The notes beneath the pieces are model-generated. The model did no database searches. It was not told the origin of the DNA and saw only the letters and a list, made by a program, of their open reading frames with translations. From contig CBDCNM010000001.1 in NCBI GenBank assembly GCA_965219385.1, positions 1,104,631 to 1,168,630 of the forward strand: DNA of 64,000 bases, in the 5' to 3' direction. Position numbers and translations under genes: made by a program. The DNA comes from Candidatus Latescibacterota bacterium (GTDB lineage Bacteria; Latescibacterota; UBA2968; UBA8231). Of this stretch, positions 11,590-21,752 are shown piece after piece; position 1 is the stretch's first letter, and every line of letters starts with the position of its first letter.

Positions 11590-12003
11590 ATGGAACTTGC
11601 TGACCTGCCCACTCTGAATGCCGGACTCAATGCCCTGAGTGGTTTTTTTTTGTCCCTGGGGTATCTGTGCATCAGGCAGGGGCGCTCAACTAGTCACAAA
11701 CGCTGGATGCTGGCCGCTCTGACCTCCTCGGCGCTTTTTCTTTTTTTCTACCTGATCTACCACTACCAAGTTGGTTCCGTACCCTACCCCCATCACGACT
11801 GGACCCGCCCCCTTTACTTTGCAATTCTCATTCCACACATTATTTTGGCTGCCGCCATGGTACCGTTTATTCTCTTGGCGGTCTGGCACGCCTTACACAA
11901 CCGGTTCGACAAACACAAGCGCCTCACCCGCTGGGTCTGGCCCACCTGGATGTTTGTCTCCATCAGCGGGATCGCCATCTACCTGATGCTTTACTGCCTT
12001 TAG
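11590..12003 (+). CDS. DUF420 family membrane protein
   Basis: LPTLNAGLN, HKRWML, FYLIYH, YFAILIPHIILA, HKRLTRW, WMFVSISG. Confidence 0.88.
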   Translation: MELADLPTLNAGLNALSGFFLSLGYLCIRQGRSTSHKRWMLAALTSSALFLFFYLIYHYQVGSVPYPHHDWTRPLYFAILIPHIILAAAMVPFILLAVWHALHNRFDKHKRLTRWVWPTWMFVSISGIAIYLMLYCL

Positions 12004-12030
12004 CAACCAGAGAGAAAGCTAAGAAGGCTT

Positions 12031-12795
12031 CTAAGAGACTGTTTTGCGGTTGGCAACCAGTACCGCCCCTGTAACGGTGCATGCGGTCCACAAAATGGTC
12101 ACCCCCAGAGCCAGGATGAAGTCCTCCCTAGTAGCCAGAACGGATAAAGGTTCGTAAAAAGCGCTCCTGATGATGGTCATGGCATAGGTGAGCGGATTGA
12201 AGCACATGATCCAGTTCAGCCATACCGCGGAACCTTCGAGCGGGAAAAGTGCACCTGAGAGCAGCCAAAGCGGTATCAGTACGACACTCATAACCGCGTG
12301 ATATCCCGCGGCGGTATCCATGGTCCAGGCGATGATGAACCCCAAACCGGTAAACCCCACCCCCACCAGAATGAAGAGAAACACCAGGTTGACCACGCCC
12401 CCAACGGACAGCTCAATCCCCGCCAGGGGTGCAAACAGCAGGAAGATGGTAGCTTGTATAAGGGCGATGGCCGTTCCCCCCAGCAATTTGCCCAGTACCA
12501 TGCTGAGGCGGGATACCGGCGCCACCAGGACCCCTTGCAGGAAACCGGCCGCGCGATCTTCAATCAGGGTAATGGTGGAGAACACAGCCGCGAAAAGCAG
12601 CAACATGAGAATGATACCAGGGTAGAAAAACTCGCTGTAACTACTTTCATCCGAAACACTTTGGAAGCTCCGGGCAAATCCAGAGCCCATAAAAAACCAG
12701 AACAGCAGGGGCTGGGCAAGACTGCCGAAGAGGCGGGTGGGCTGGCGAAAAAAACGGCGCAGTTCACGCTGGCTCAGCACGACAATGCCGTTCAT
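12031..12795 (-). CDS. ABC-2 type transporter permease
   Basis: RELRRFFRQ, FFYPG, DRAAGFLQGVLVAP, LSGALFP, NPLTY. Confidence 0.92.
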   Translation of the reverse strand: MNGIVVLSQRELRRFFRQPTRLFGSLAQPLLFWFFMGSGFARSFQSVSDESSYSEFFYPGIILMLLLFAAVFSTITLIEDRAAGFLQGVLVAPVSRLSMVLGKLLGGTAIALIQATIFLLFAPLAGIELSVGGVVNLVFLFILVGVGFTGLGFIIAWTMDTAAGYHAVMSVVLIPLWLLSGALFPLEGSAVWLNWIMCFNPLTYAMTIIRSAFYEPLSVLATREDFILALGVTILWTACTVTGAVLVANRKTVS

Positions 12796-13754
12796 GAGAC
12801 GCCCCTTTCACCAGGAGCGAGGTGCTCCCCGGTGAGCTGCACAAACACGTCATCCAGTGAAGGATGTGATAAGGTCAGTTTCTTTATGCGGCTTTGAAAT
12901 CTCTGCACAAGAGCATCCAGACTGACCGGCTCTGAAAGGGCCAGGCGCAAAGAATCGTCTACGATACGGCCTTCCAGCATGAAAGATTCCCGCAGGTCCC
13001 GTTGCAATTCATCCAGTTCATCTCCTTGAATACTCAGAACTTCCCGGCCTATACTGCGTTGTAAACTCAAAGGATGGTCATAGGCCAGTAGATTGCCCTG
13101 GTGCAGGATGGCCACGCGGTCACAGCGCTCCCCCTCATCCAGGAGATGGGTCGTCAGCAATACCGTAAGTTCCTTCTCCGCCCGCAACACCTCGATTGCA
13201 CGCCAGAACTCCTGGCGCGCCAGCGGATCCAGACTGGTGGTGGGTTCATCCAGGATGAGGATGCGGGGACGTGGCAACAAGGCCTTGGCCAGTTCCACTC
13301 GCCGCGCCAGTCCACCCGACAGGTTCTCTACCAGATCGTCGCGTCGATCGCTCAGACCCATTTCCCCGAGGATGGAATCAACCCGATCCTTGAGTTCCCG
13401 GCGGGGTATATGGTACAGCAGGCCGGTGGCTCTGAGGTTTTCACCTACCGTCATCTTGCCGTCCAGAGCCGGCTTCTGAAATACTACCCCCAGAAAACGG
13501 CGCACGGCATGAGATTTTTTAACCAGGTCCAGTTCGCCCAACCGCACCGACCCCGAAGAAGGATGCAGAACGGTCATAAGGATGCGCAGCAGGGTCGACT
13601 TACCGCTGCCATTGGGCCCCAATAAAGCGACCATCTCGCCAGTGCGAATATCCAGGGTGATGTTCTTCAGGGCTTTCTGTGGAGCGGTTTTTCGCGTACC
13701 TGGATAGGTGTGGGAAAGCTGGGAGATGGTTATGAGAACCTGGGGATCGACCAA
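12792..13754 (-). CDS. ABC transporter ATP-binding protein
   Basis: Walker A GPNGSGKS, signature LSGG, Walker B ILDEP, H-loop; start set at TTG 13754 after a GAGGCAGGA SD-like sequence. Confidence 0.92.
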   Translation of the reverse strand: MVDPQVLITISQLSHTYPGTRKTAPQKALKNITLDIRTGEMVALLGPNGSGKSTLLRILMTVLHPSSGSVRLGELDLVKKSHAVRRFLGVVFQKPALDGKMTVGENLRATGLLYHIPRRELKDRVDSILGEMGLSDRRDDLVENLSGGLARRVELAKALLPRPRILILDEPTTSLDPLARQEFWRAIEVLRAEKELTVLLTTHLLDEGERCDRVAILHQGNLLAYDHPLSLQRSIGREVLSIQGDELDELQRDLRESFMLEGRIVDDSLRLALSEPVSLDALVQRFQSRIKKLTLSHPSLDDVFVQLTGEHLAPGERGVS

Positions 13755-13918
13755 TCCTGCCTCATATCTTGCTGAAATGCGGACGGACCAGACCGCCGCC
13801 ACGCACGGCCGGCCCATCCTTTACCGATAAGCCCAGGCAAAATAAACAGGAATCTACCTTACCGTCAAGAACATCCAGATGTTGCCATCCAGACCATTCC
13901 GCACACAAAGCCAGGGGC

Positions 13919-13948
13919 TTGACAGGATCGCTACCTCCTTGTTACTAT
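13919..13948 (+). promoter_or_regulatory. Sigma-70 promoter for the mltG operon
   Basis: TTGACA-18 bp-TACTAT. Confidence 0.5.
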
Positions 13949-13982
13949 TTTTATATAGCCCTTCATCCGATCATCCATTTAC

Positions 13983-15023
13983 ATGTCCAAATCCAAGATT
14001 AAAACCCGGCGCCTGGTGCAATACATCGCCCTACTCGGTCTTTCCGATTTCCTGCTGTTGATGGTGGGCGGGGTTGTGATCTCCCTCAACCAGCCCACAG
14101 GCCTCGAACATCCGCAAGCAATTCACATCCAGACCGGTATGAGCGCCCGCAGTATAGGCGAATTGCTGGAAAATCGCGGTCTGATCCGCAATGCCAGGTT
14201 TTTCGAATGGACGGTTCGCTGGCAGGGGCTGGCCCACAAACTGGAAGCGGGCACCTATCGCCTCGACGGCACCAAGTCCACCCTGGGGGTAGCCATGGAG
14301 CTACTCAAGGCCCCTGTCAAGGTGCAGCGGATTACCCTGCCGGAAGGCCTGACCCGGGAAACAATAGCCGGCCTCCTGCAACTCCATACCTCTCTGGATT
14401 CTTCCCGTTTCACCAAGCTGACCGAAGATGCGGCGTTCATTCACCAACTGGGTATAAAAGCCCCTACTCTGGAGGGCTACCTCTTCCCCGAAACCTATTT
14501 CTTCGACGAGAAAACCACGGAAAAGGACGCCATTGAGCGCATGGTCGGCGAATTCCACAAGGTCTTCGCCGATTCGCTCTACCTGCGTTTAAATGCCCTG
14601 CACCTCACCCTACACCAGGTCGTTACCCTGGCTTCTATCGTCGAGCGGGAAGCCGTCGTCTCCGAGGAACGCCCCGTCATTTCCCAGGTGTTCCAGAAGC
14701 GCCTGAAGCTCAACCGCATGCTGGAATCGTGCGCCACCGTGGAGTACGCCCTCGGGGTCCACAAAAAACGTCTCACCAGAGACGATCTGAAGGTAAAATC
14801 CCCATTCAACACCTATCTCCACCGGGGCCTCCCCCCCGGCCCGATTGGCAATCCGGGCAAGTCCTCGATCCAGGCCACCCTGTACCCGGCCGACACGGAT
14901 TACCTCTACTTCGTCGCCCGCGGCGACGGCCGTCACGTCTTCAGCCACACCCATGCCGAGCACGAGCGCGCCAAGCGGGCCATTCGCCTGGCCATGCGGA
15001 ACGCCCGCCAACGGGTAAACTGA
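13983..15023 (+). CDS. mltG: Endolytic transglycosylase MltG (YceG)
   Basis: N-terminal TM, LEGYLFPETY, LASIVERE, SPFNTY, GLPPGPIGNPG, YLYFVA. Confidence 0.95.
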   Translation: MSKSKIKTRRLVQYIALLGLSDFLLLMVGGVVISLNQPTGLEHPQAIHIQTGMSARSIGELLENRGLIRNARFFEWTVRWQGLAHKLEAGTYRLDGTKSTLGVAMELLKAPVKVQRITLPEGLTRETIAGLLQLHTSLDSSRFTKLTEDAAFIHQLGIKAPTLEGYLFPETYFFDEKTTEKDAIERMVGEFHKVFADSLYLRLNALHLTLHQVVTLASIVEREAVVSEERPVISQVFQKRLKLNRMLESCATVEYALGVHKKRLTRDDLKVKSPFNTYLHRGLPPGPIGNPGKSSIQATLYPADTDYLYFVARGDGRHVFSHTHAEHERAKRAIRLAMRNARQRVN

Positions 15024-15045
15024 ACCACCCGGAAAGTTCCTGTCC

Positions 15046-17295
15046 ATGTCCATTCTCAACGCCCTCAATCCCGCTCAGTACCAGGCTGCCCGGATTGTCG
15101 ATGGGCCCCTGCTCATTCTCGCCGGCGCCGGATCCGGCAAGACCCGGGTACTCACCTACCGCATTGCCTTCCTGATTCATGAGGTGGGTGTACCTCCCTG
15201 GAATATCCTGGCCGTGACCTTCACCAACAAAGCCGCCGGAGAAATGCGGGAGCGCATCGAACAACTGGTCGGCAGTGTCACCCGGGATATCTGGATGGGC
15301 ACTTTTCACTCCATTTGCGCTCGTCTCCTGCGCCTTGAAGCAACCTCTTTGGGACTGGATGCCCATTTTACCATCTACGACGAGGAGGACCGGAGAGCCC
15401 TGATGCGGCGGATCTTGAAATCCCTCGACATCTCCGCTGACGATCTGGCTCCTCGCGCGGTGGTCGCGCAGATCAGCCGGGCCAAAAACGCGATGATTGA
15501 TCCGCATCAATTCGCCCAGGAAGCCGGCTCCTCCATCCAGCGGCAAATAGCCGAAATCTACCCGCTGTACGAGGCCGAACTGCGCCGCCACAACGCCTTT
15601 GACTTTGACGATTTACTGGTAGTGCTGGTGCGCCAGTTACAGCAGCACCCGGACGTCCTGGCGAGGTATCAGGAACGTTTCAAATACATTCTGATCGATG
15701 AGTACCAAGACACCAATCGCCCCCAGTACCTGCTCACCCAACAGCTTGCCTCCAGGTACTGCAATATCTGCTGTGTCGGGGACGACGATCAGTCCATCTA
15801 TCAGTTCAGGGGCGCTGATATCCGCAATATCCTGGATTTTGAGCGCGACTATCCCGAAGCCCAAACCGTGCGCCTGGAACAGAATTATCGTTCGACCGCC
15901 CGCATCCTATCCGCAGCCAACGCAGTCATTCAAAACAACCAGAACCGCAAGGGCAAGCAGCTGTGGACCCAGAGCGAGGAGGGCGATCGCATTCAACTGG
16001 TCGAATGCGACACCGAGCGCGGGGAAGCCCGCTTTGTGGTCGAAACCGTTCAGCGCCTCGTCCGCCAGCAGGGCTTATCTTTGGGAGAAGCGGCTGTCCT
16101 GTATCGCACCAACGCCCAGTCCCGCGCCCTCGAGGAAGAATTGCAACGGGCGGGTATGCCGTACGTAATAGTGGGAGGTATCCGCTTCTACGAACGCAAA
16201 GAAATCAAGGACATCCTGGCCTATCTGCGCCTCCTGGTCAATCCTTCCGACAACATCAGCCTCCAGCGTATCATCAATGTGCCGAAGCGCGGTATCGGCG
16301 CCACTTCACTCGAACGTCTGCAGACCCATGCCCGGCAACGGCAGCTGGGCCTTTTTGAAGCCCTGGCCGCCATCGACCAAGTGGACGGGCTCAATTCCCG
16401 AACCCGAAAAAATCTGCAGGACTTTTACGCCCAGCTGCAGACCCTCGCAAAGCGCAAGCGGGAATTGGAACTGCCGGCTCTGGGTGAGGAGATCCTCGTC
16501 CAGACCGGCTACCGCCAGATGCTGCAGGACGAAGACACCCCCGAGGCCGAGGTCCGGGAGCAGAACATCAACCAATTACTGGCCTTCATTGCCGAATTCG
16601 CCGCGGACAATGAAAACCCGACCCTCGAGTCCTTCCTGGAAGAAACCACCTTGCTGGCGCCCGTTGATGAGGTAGAAGATACCGGTCAGGCCCTCACCTT
16701 GATGACCCTGCACAGCGCCAAAGGCCTGGAATTTCCCCTGGTCTTCATCTGCGGTATGGAAGAAAACCTCTTCCCCACGGCCCGGTCCGTGGAAGAGGCC
16801 TGGGAGAATCCCCAGGCCATCGAGGAAGAGCGCCGGCTGCTCTACGTGGGCATTACCCGGGCCCAGCTACACCTTTTCCTGACCTATGCCGACAGCCGCT
16901 ACTCCTACGGCTCCCTGCAGTGGAGTACCCCTTCTCGTTTCCTGGACGAAATTCCTCAAGATCTGCTCGACGCCCAAGTGGTTGGATCCAGGTTGCGCTC
17001 CTCCCCCCGGAAAACATTCCCCACCCCTTCTTCCCGCAAGAAACCTGCTCCAAAGGGGGTGCACTACGAGTGGGAGGAGTCCCCCTCCACAAAACACATA
17101 GATACAGAATCCGGCGATTGGGTCGACCAAGACGATTTCCTGGCCAAGGGCAAATGGGTGCTGCACCCCACCTGGGGGCGGGGCCAGATCGTCGCCCGCG
17201 AGGGCAGCGGCACCGCTATGAAGCTGTCCATTCGCTTTGGCGCCAATCAGCTGAAACGCGTGGCCGTGGCCTTTGCCCAGCTGGAGCCGGGCTAG
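15046..17295 (+). CDS. pcrA: ATP-dependent DNA helicase PcrA/UvrD
   Basis: AGAGSGKT, DEYQDTN, VGDDDQSIY, LEQNYRS, TLHSAKGLEF, EERRLLYVGITRA, C-terminal Tudor-like domain. Confidence 0.96.
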   Translation: MSILNALNPAQYQAARIVDGPLLILAGAGSGKTRVLTYRIAFLIHEVGVPPWNILAVTFTNKAAGEMRERIEQLVGSVTRDIWMGTFHSICARLLRLEATSLGLDAHFTIYDEEDRRALMRRILKSLDISADDLAPRAVVAQISRAKNAMIDPHQFAQEAGSSIQRQIAEIYPLYEAELRRHNAFDFDDLLVVLVRQLQQHPDVLARYQERFKYILIDEYQDTNRPQYLLTQQLASRYCNICCVGDDDQSIYQFRGADIRNILDFERDYPEAQTVRLEQNYRSTARILSAANAVIQNNQNRKGKQLWTQSEEGDRIQLVECDTERGEARFVVETVQRLVRQQGLSLGEAAVLYRTNAQSRALEEELQRAGMPYVIVGGIRFYERKEIKDILAYLRLLVNPSDNISLQRIINVPKRGIGATSLERLQTHARQRQLGLFEALAAIDQVDGLNSRTRKNLQDFYAQLQTLAKRKRELELPALGEEILVQTGYRQMLQDEDTPEAEVREQNINQLLAFIAEFAADNENPTLESFLEETTLLAPVDEVEDTGQALTLMTLHSAKGLEFPLVFICGMEENLFPTARSVEEAWENPQAIEEERRLLYVGITRAQLHLFLTYADSRYSYGSLQWSTPSRFLDEIPQDLLDAQVVGSRLRSSPRKTFPTPSSRKKPAPKGVHYEWEESPSTKHIDTESGDWVDQDDFLAKGKWVLHPTWGRGQIVAREGSGTAMKLSIRFGANQLKRVAVAFAQLEPG

Positions 17296-17370
17296 TTGCG
17301 CAAATCCCCTCTGCCCATTAAATTTTGTGATTCACATCCATTGATCGTCTCACGGTTTTCAGGCCAACTC

Positions 17371-18705
17371 ATGAACCCCCAACCCACCCCTTCCCGGCCG
17401 CGCGTAGCCTTTCAAAACCTAGGCTGCAAGCTCAATCTCTACGAGGTCGAAGCCCTCAAGAACGGCTTTGCTCAGGACGGTTACGAAATTGTGCCTTTCA
17501 GCACCACGGCCGATATCTACGTGGTCAATACCTGCACGGTTACAGGCTCGGGAGATGCGGATTCGCGCAAGGTGGTGCGCCGGGCCCGGCGCACCAACCC
17601 CGACGCCACGGTGGTAGCAACGGGGTGCTATGCCCAGCGCCGTCCCCGCGACCTCGAGGAGGCCGGGGCCCACCTGGTGGTGGCCAACGACCACAAAGCC
17701 TTCTTGCTGGATCGCCTCAAAGCCTACCTGGACGGAGGGCCCGTCCCCAGGGTGGACCCGCAACAGCGCCCCCAGACCACGGCCTTTCTGCAAATCAAAG
17801 GAGCCGTCCAGCAGGGCCGCACCCGGGGGACTCTGCAGATTCAGGACGGTTGTGATGAGCATTGCACCTACTGCATCATTCCCCAGGTGCGCGGTCCGGG
17901 CGTCAGCCGGCCGGCAACCGAAACCCTGGCCCAGGCCCGGCGCATGGTCGAAGCCGGGTATCGCGAACTGGCCCTTACCGGGGTGCATTCGGGCAGTTAC
18001 AGCAGCGACCAGGGCCGGCAAGACGGACTGGTTTTTCTCCTGGAGGAACTGGAAAAAGTCGAAGGACTCGAGCGCATTCGCCTCAACTCTATTGAGCCCG
18101 GCTATGTCAGCGATGCTCTGATCCGCCATGCCGCGGCCTCGGGCAAATTCTGCCGCCACTTTCACATCCCTTTGCAAAGCGGAGACGACCACATCCTCAA
18201 ACGCATGGGTCGCCACTACACCCGGGCCTACTACGCCGAGCGCCTGGAAAAAATCGCCACCTTGATCCCCGGCTGTGCTCTGGGCGCCGATGTGATGGTC
18301 GGGTTTCCAGGGGAACAGGAGGAGCACTTTGAAAACACCTGTGCCCTGATCGATGCTCTGCCCGTGACCTATTTACATGTATTTCCCTTCTCTTTGCGCT
18401 CCGCTACCCCGGCCGAACGCCTGGCGGGCCACCAGACCAATCAGGTCAAGCGCGAGCGCGCCGGCCGGCTCATCGCCCTTGGACAGCGCAAGCGCCTGGC
18501 GTTTCATCAGGGATTCGCGGGCCGCCGGCTCAAGGTTTTGCTGGAGGACCGCCACGACAAAGCCACGGGCCTGGGTGTCGGCCTGAGCGACAACTATATC
18601 AAAGTGGTGTTTGATGAGGGCCAGGTCGCCCCCAATCAACTGGTAGAGGTCGAGATCACCCGGGCGCGCGAGGACCTGGTATTCGGGGAGCTGACTGCCG
18701 CATGA
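17371..18705 (+). CDS. mtaB: tRNA t6A37 methylthiotransferase MtaB
   Basis: LGCKLNLYE, NTCTVT, ATGCYAQ, QDGCDEHCTYC, HFHIPLQSG, HVFPFS. Confidence 0.9.
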   Translation: MNPQPTPSRPRVAFQNLGCKLNLYEVEALKNGFAQDGYEIVPFSTTADIYVVNTCTVTGSGDADSRKVVRRARRTNPDATVVATGCYAQRRPRDLEEAGAHLVVANDHKAFLLDRLKAYLDGGPVPRVDPQQRPQTTAFLQIKGAVQQGRTRGTLQIQDGCDEHCTYCIIPQVRGPGVSRPATETLAQARRMVEAGYRELALTGVHSGSYSSDQGRQDGLVFLLEELEKVEGLERIRLNSIEPGYVSDALIRHAAASGKFCRHFHIPLQSGDDHILKRMGRHYTRAYYAERLEKIATLIPGCALGADVMVGFPGEQEEHFENTCALIDALPVTYLHVFPFSLRSATPAERLAGHQTNQVKRERAGRLIALGQRKRLAFHQGFAGRRLKVLLEDRHDKATGLGVGLSDNYIKVVFDEGQVAPNQLVEVEITRAREDLVFGELTAA

Positions 18706-20069
18706 GCATGGCATCATCGAACCTACTGCAAGAAAATCCGGCTACGACAAAGACCGCTGAAAAGGTCTACATCGAGACCTACGGTTGCCAGATGAATGCA
18801 GCGGACAGCGAACTGGTCTCCAGCATCCTTGCCGATGCCGGCTTTCGCATCGTCGAAACCCCGGACAAAGCCGACATCATCCTGCTCAATACCTGTGCGG
18901 TGCGCGAGCGCGCCGAAGAGCGGGTCATCGGTCGCGCCAGCCAGCTGCACGGCTTGCGCACCCGCACCCCCAATCTGATCATCGGCATCCTCGGCTGCAT
19001 GGCCCAGCACCTGGCCAAAACCCTGCCGCAACGGGCCCCCTTCGTGGATCTGGTGATGGGCCCCGACTCCTATCGCCGCCTGCCCCAGATTCTCGCCGAT
19101 ACAGCGGATGAGACCCTGCTGGATCTGCGTCTTTCGCGCAGCGAAGACTACACCGGAATCGACCCGATCCGCAAGGTCGGCACCAACGCCTGGGTGACCA
19201 TCATCCGCGGCTGCGACAAGTTCTGCACATTTTGCATAGTGCCCTATGTCCGGGGCCGCGAACGCAGTGTGGATTCGACCGAAATCATCCGTCTGGTGGA
19301 AAACATCGTTGCCGAGGGGTTCCAGGAAGTCACCCTGTTGGGCCAGACCGTCAATTCCTACGACGACGGCAAGCTGGATTTTGCCGGCCTGCTCCAGGCC
19401 GTTTGTGCGGTAGAGGGCATCCAGCGGGTTCGTTTCACCTCGCCCTATCCCAGGGATTTCACCGACGCCGCCATCGCCCGCATGGCCGCCCTGCCCCAGG
19501 TCTGCCCCAGCCTCCACCTGCCCGTGCAGAGCGCTTCCAACACCCAACTTGAAGCCATGCGGCGAGGCTACACCATCGAAGAATACCGCGGCCTGGTCCG
19601 CAGGTTGCGGCAGGTCATTCCGGATCTGGCCCTGACCACGGATGTCATCGTGGGTTTTTGCGGCGAGACCGAAGAGGACTTCGAGCAGACCTGTACCCTG
19701 ATGGAGGAAATCCGCTTCGACTCGGCCTTCATGTTCAAGTATTCCGAACGCGAGGGCACCTATGCCCACAAAAAGATGGCCGACGATGTACCCGAGGAAA
19801 TCAAGAAGCAACGCTTGCAGCGGATCATCAATCTGCAGGAGCGCATCTCCTACGAGATCAACCAGAACGTGGTGGGCAAGCAGGTGAAAGTCCTGGTGGA
19901 AGGGCCTTCCAAGCGCCAGACGGACCAGGGGCGCAACAACTTCGGGCGCTCCGCCCAGGGCAAGGTCGTGGTCTTTCCCCAGGATGCAACCCCCAACACC
20001 CTGGTACAGGTGCAGATAACCAGAGCCACCTCCCACACCCTTTTCGGAGACCAGATCGAGGTCTCCTAG
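18702..20069 (+). CDS. miaB: tRNA i6A37 methylthiotransferase MiaB
   Basis: ETYGCQMN, NTCAVRE, GCDKFCTFC, GRERS, LHLPVQS, TRAM domain. Confidence 0.95.
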   Translation: MSMASSNLLQENPATTKTAEKVYIETYGCQMNAADSELVSSILADAGFRIVETPDKADIILLNTCAVRERAEERVIGRASQLHGLRTRTPNLIIGILGCMAQHLAKTLPQRAPFVDLVMGPDSYRRLPQILADTADETLLDLRLSRSEDYTGIDPIRKVGTNAWVTIIRGCDKFCTFCIVPYVRGRERSVDSTEIIRLVENIVAEGFQEVTLLGQTVNSYDDGKLDFAGLLQAVCAVEGIQRVRFTSPYPRDFTDAAIARMAALPQVCPSLHLPVQSASNTQLEAMRRGYTIEEYRGLVRRLRQVIPDLALTTDVIVGFCGETEEDFEQTCTLMEEIRFDSAFMFKYSEREGTYAHKKMADDVPEEIKKQRLQRIINLQERISYEINQNVVGKQVKVLVEGPSKRQTDQGRNNFGRSAQGKVVVFPQDATPNTLVQVQITRATSHTLFGDQIEVS

Positions 20070-20770
20070 CCGGCCTCCTGGAGCAGTTCCCGGGTGAGAT
20101 TGAGAAGGCGCTGGGCGTCTTCCTCTCCCACCTCAGCGGTGTGATCGTAGCGGGCCCGATTGCGGATTTCGAGGCCGGCCCGCATTTCGCGCCCCAGGTC
20201 CCGGCTCACAATGCCTGGCAGCACAAGATGCTGACCGAAAAGATTGACCACACCACTGTGAGAGGTTGGCAAATTTTCGACCTTTCCTATGAGGAGGGTT
20301 TTGGCCACCAGCTCAACTGCGTTGTAAGCCAGGTCGGCAGCCTGCCGGTAGTCGCCGTTCGCAAAGACGTATTCTGCGACCCCAAGGTAGGATTTGGCCA
20401 GGTCGATCCGCCCTGAAAATTCGGCTTCGTAAAGATCCTCTTCTGCCATTGAATAAAGATCCTTTCCCCGGCGGAGAGCCTCGTGGACAAAAAGCCCGCT
20501 GGGCTGGAACCGCCGCCAGAGAGGAAGTACCACCGGTTCTACGCTCTCTCCCGTCTCCAGGCCGATCTCGAAGGCCACTCCTGCAGCAATATCCCGCAAC
20601 CGACACACATCGCCCAGCGCAAGAATCAACAGGTCCACATCGCTCTCTGGATGCGGCTGGCCAGTCGCAATGCTGCCAAAAAGCACTACTTGGGCAACCT
20701 CTTCCCTGGCCTGGCGCAGGAGTTCATCAACGAATAGCCGGGCCGCGGTCTCTTTAATTGTCTTTTGCAA
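20066..20770 (-). CDS. Fused minimal nucleotidyltransferase (MNT) - HEPN domain protein
   Basis: N-half LFGS..G....SDVDLL (MNT); C-half AYNAVE..AK, PTSHSG, RNRARY (HEPN, Rx4Y). Confidence 0.85.
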   Translation of the reverse strand: MQKTIKETAARLFVDELLRQAREEVAQVVLFGSIATGQPHPESDVDLLILALGDVCRLRDIAAGVAFEIGLETGESVEPVVLPLWRRFQPSGLFVHEALRRGKDLYSMAEEDLYEAEFSGRIDLAKSYLGVAEYVFANGDYRQAADLAYNAVELVAKTLLIGKVENLPTSHSGVVNLFGQHLVLPGIVSRDLGREMRAGLEIRNRARYDHTAEVGEEDAQRLLNLTRELLQEAG

Positions 20771-20895
20771 CCTGAGTCATTTCAAGTGCCTGCCGATTCC
20801 TTGTGGTCCATTGGGCAGGTTGCCTCTATGCCCTTTTTGTTTCATCTTTAAAGAAAGAACAGATTATCGCCGACACCACCTGAAAAAACATCCAT

Positions 20896-21684
20896 TTGTC
20901 GAATTTTCTTGAAATCGCCCATCGGGCCGGCGCCGAACTGATGCGCCACTATGGCCATGCGCAAACCACGGCAAAGCAAGACCTGGATTTTTTGACCCAG
21001 GCAGATCTTGCTTCGGAGGGCTTGATTGTGGAAAAACTGGCGGGAAATTTCCCCGATCATGCCCTTGTAGCAGAAGAAAGCGGGGCTTGGGCAGGGCAAA
21101 GTGAGTGGGTCTGGTACATTGATCCGCTGGATGGAACCAGCAACTTCTTGCGCTGCGATCCCCACTTTGCCGTGGCTCTTGGCCTGGTGCGCAACGGACA
21201 CCCCTATCTGGGGGTGGTCTACAATCCGGCCCGAGACCAGCTCTTCAGCGCCGCGCCCCGGCTTCCCGGTGGCGAGGCCCGGTTCAACGGACGCTGTATC
21301 CAACCCTTGCCCGCGGCCGAATCCCTGGCCACCGCTTCCCTGGGCACGGACTGGCCCTGGTCCCTGGACCTGAGGCAACACACCCTGGCGCTTTTGCAAC
21401 ACACCGTCCCCCGCGTCAGACAGATCAAGATCCGCGGCTGCGCGGCCCTGGATCTGTGCGATGTCGCCCAGGGCGTCCTCGATGCCTACCTGCATCCGGG
21501 TTGCCAGCCCTGGGATCTGGCTGCGGCTTGGGTGGTCAATGCAGCGGCCGGCACGGCCTTGTTGGGCCCCGAACGACCGTGGGATCTCGGCAATCAGCCT
21601 ATCGCGGCCTGTGCCCCGTCTTTGGTCGAAGAAATACAGCCCCTCACACGGCTGCTTGCAAACCAGCCGCTTCACCCGCTCTGA
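20896..21684 (+). CDS. Inositol monophosphatase family protein
   Basis: T.AD..SE, EE, WYIDPLDGTSNF, GCAALDLC.VA.G..D, WDLAA. Confidence 0.93.
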   Translation: MSNFLEIAHRAGAELMRHYGHAQTTAKQDLDFLTQADLASEGLIVEKLAGNFPDHALVAEESGAWAGQSEWVWYIDPLDGTSNFLRCDPHFAVALGLVRNGHPYLGVVYNPARDQLFSAAPRLPGGEARFNGRCIQPLPAAESLATASLGTDWPWSLDLRQHTLALLQHTVPRVRQIKIRGCAALDLCDVAQGVLDAYLHPGCQPWDLAAAWVVNAAAGTALLGPERPWDLGNQPIAACAPSLVEEIQPLTRLLANQPLHPL

Positions 21685-21752
21685 GAAGCCGTCTGAAAAC
21701 CCCCGCTGTATCCCCTGGGGGATGCCAGGTGTCGTTCGCCCACCACTCCTCC

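Noticed and set aside
11315..11600. tRNA-Thr as an integration site of an island
   Set aside because: No integrase downstream and no duplicated tRNA 3' end seen in the window
18723..20036. Long antisense ORFs over miaB (and similarly over groEL, eno, the S8 gene and the IOR gene)
   Set aside because: Codon-bias shadows of well-supported genes on the opposite strand
21688..21697. GCCGTCTGAA, the Neisseria DNA uptake sequence
   Set aside because: Only one occurrence noticed; better explained as part of the AAGCCNTC motif or chance
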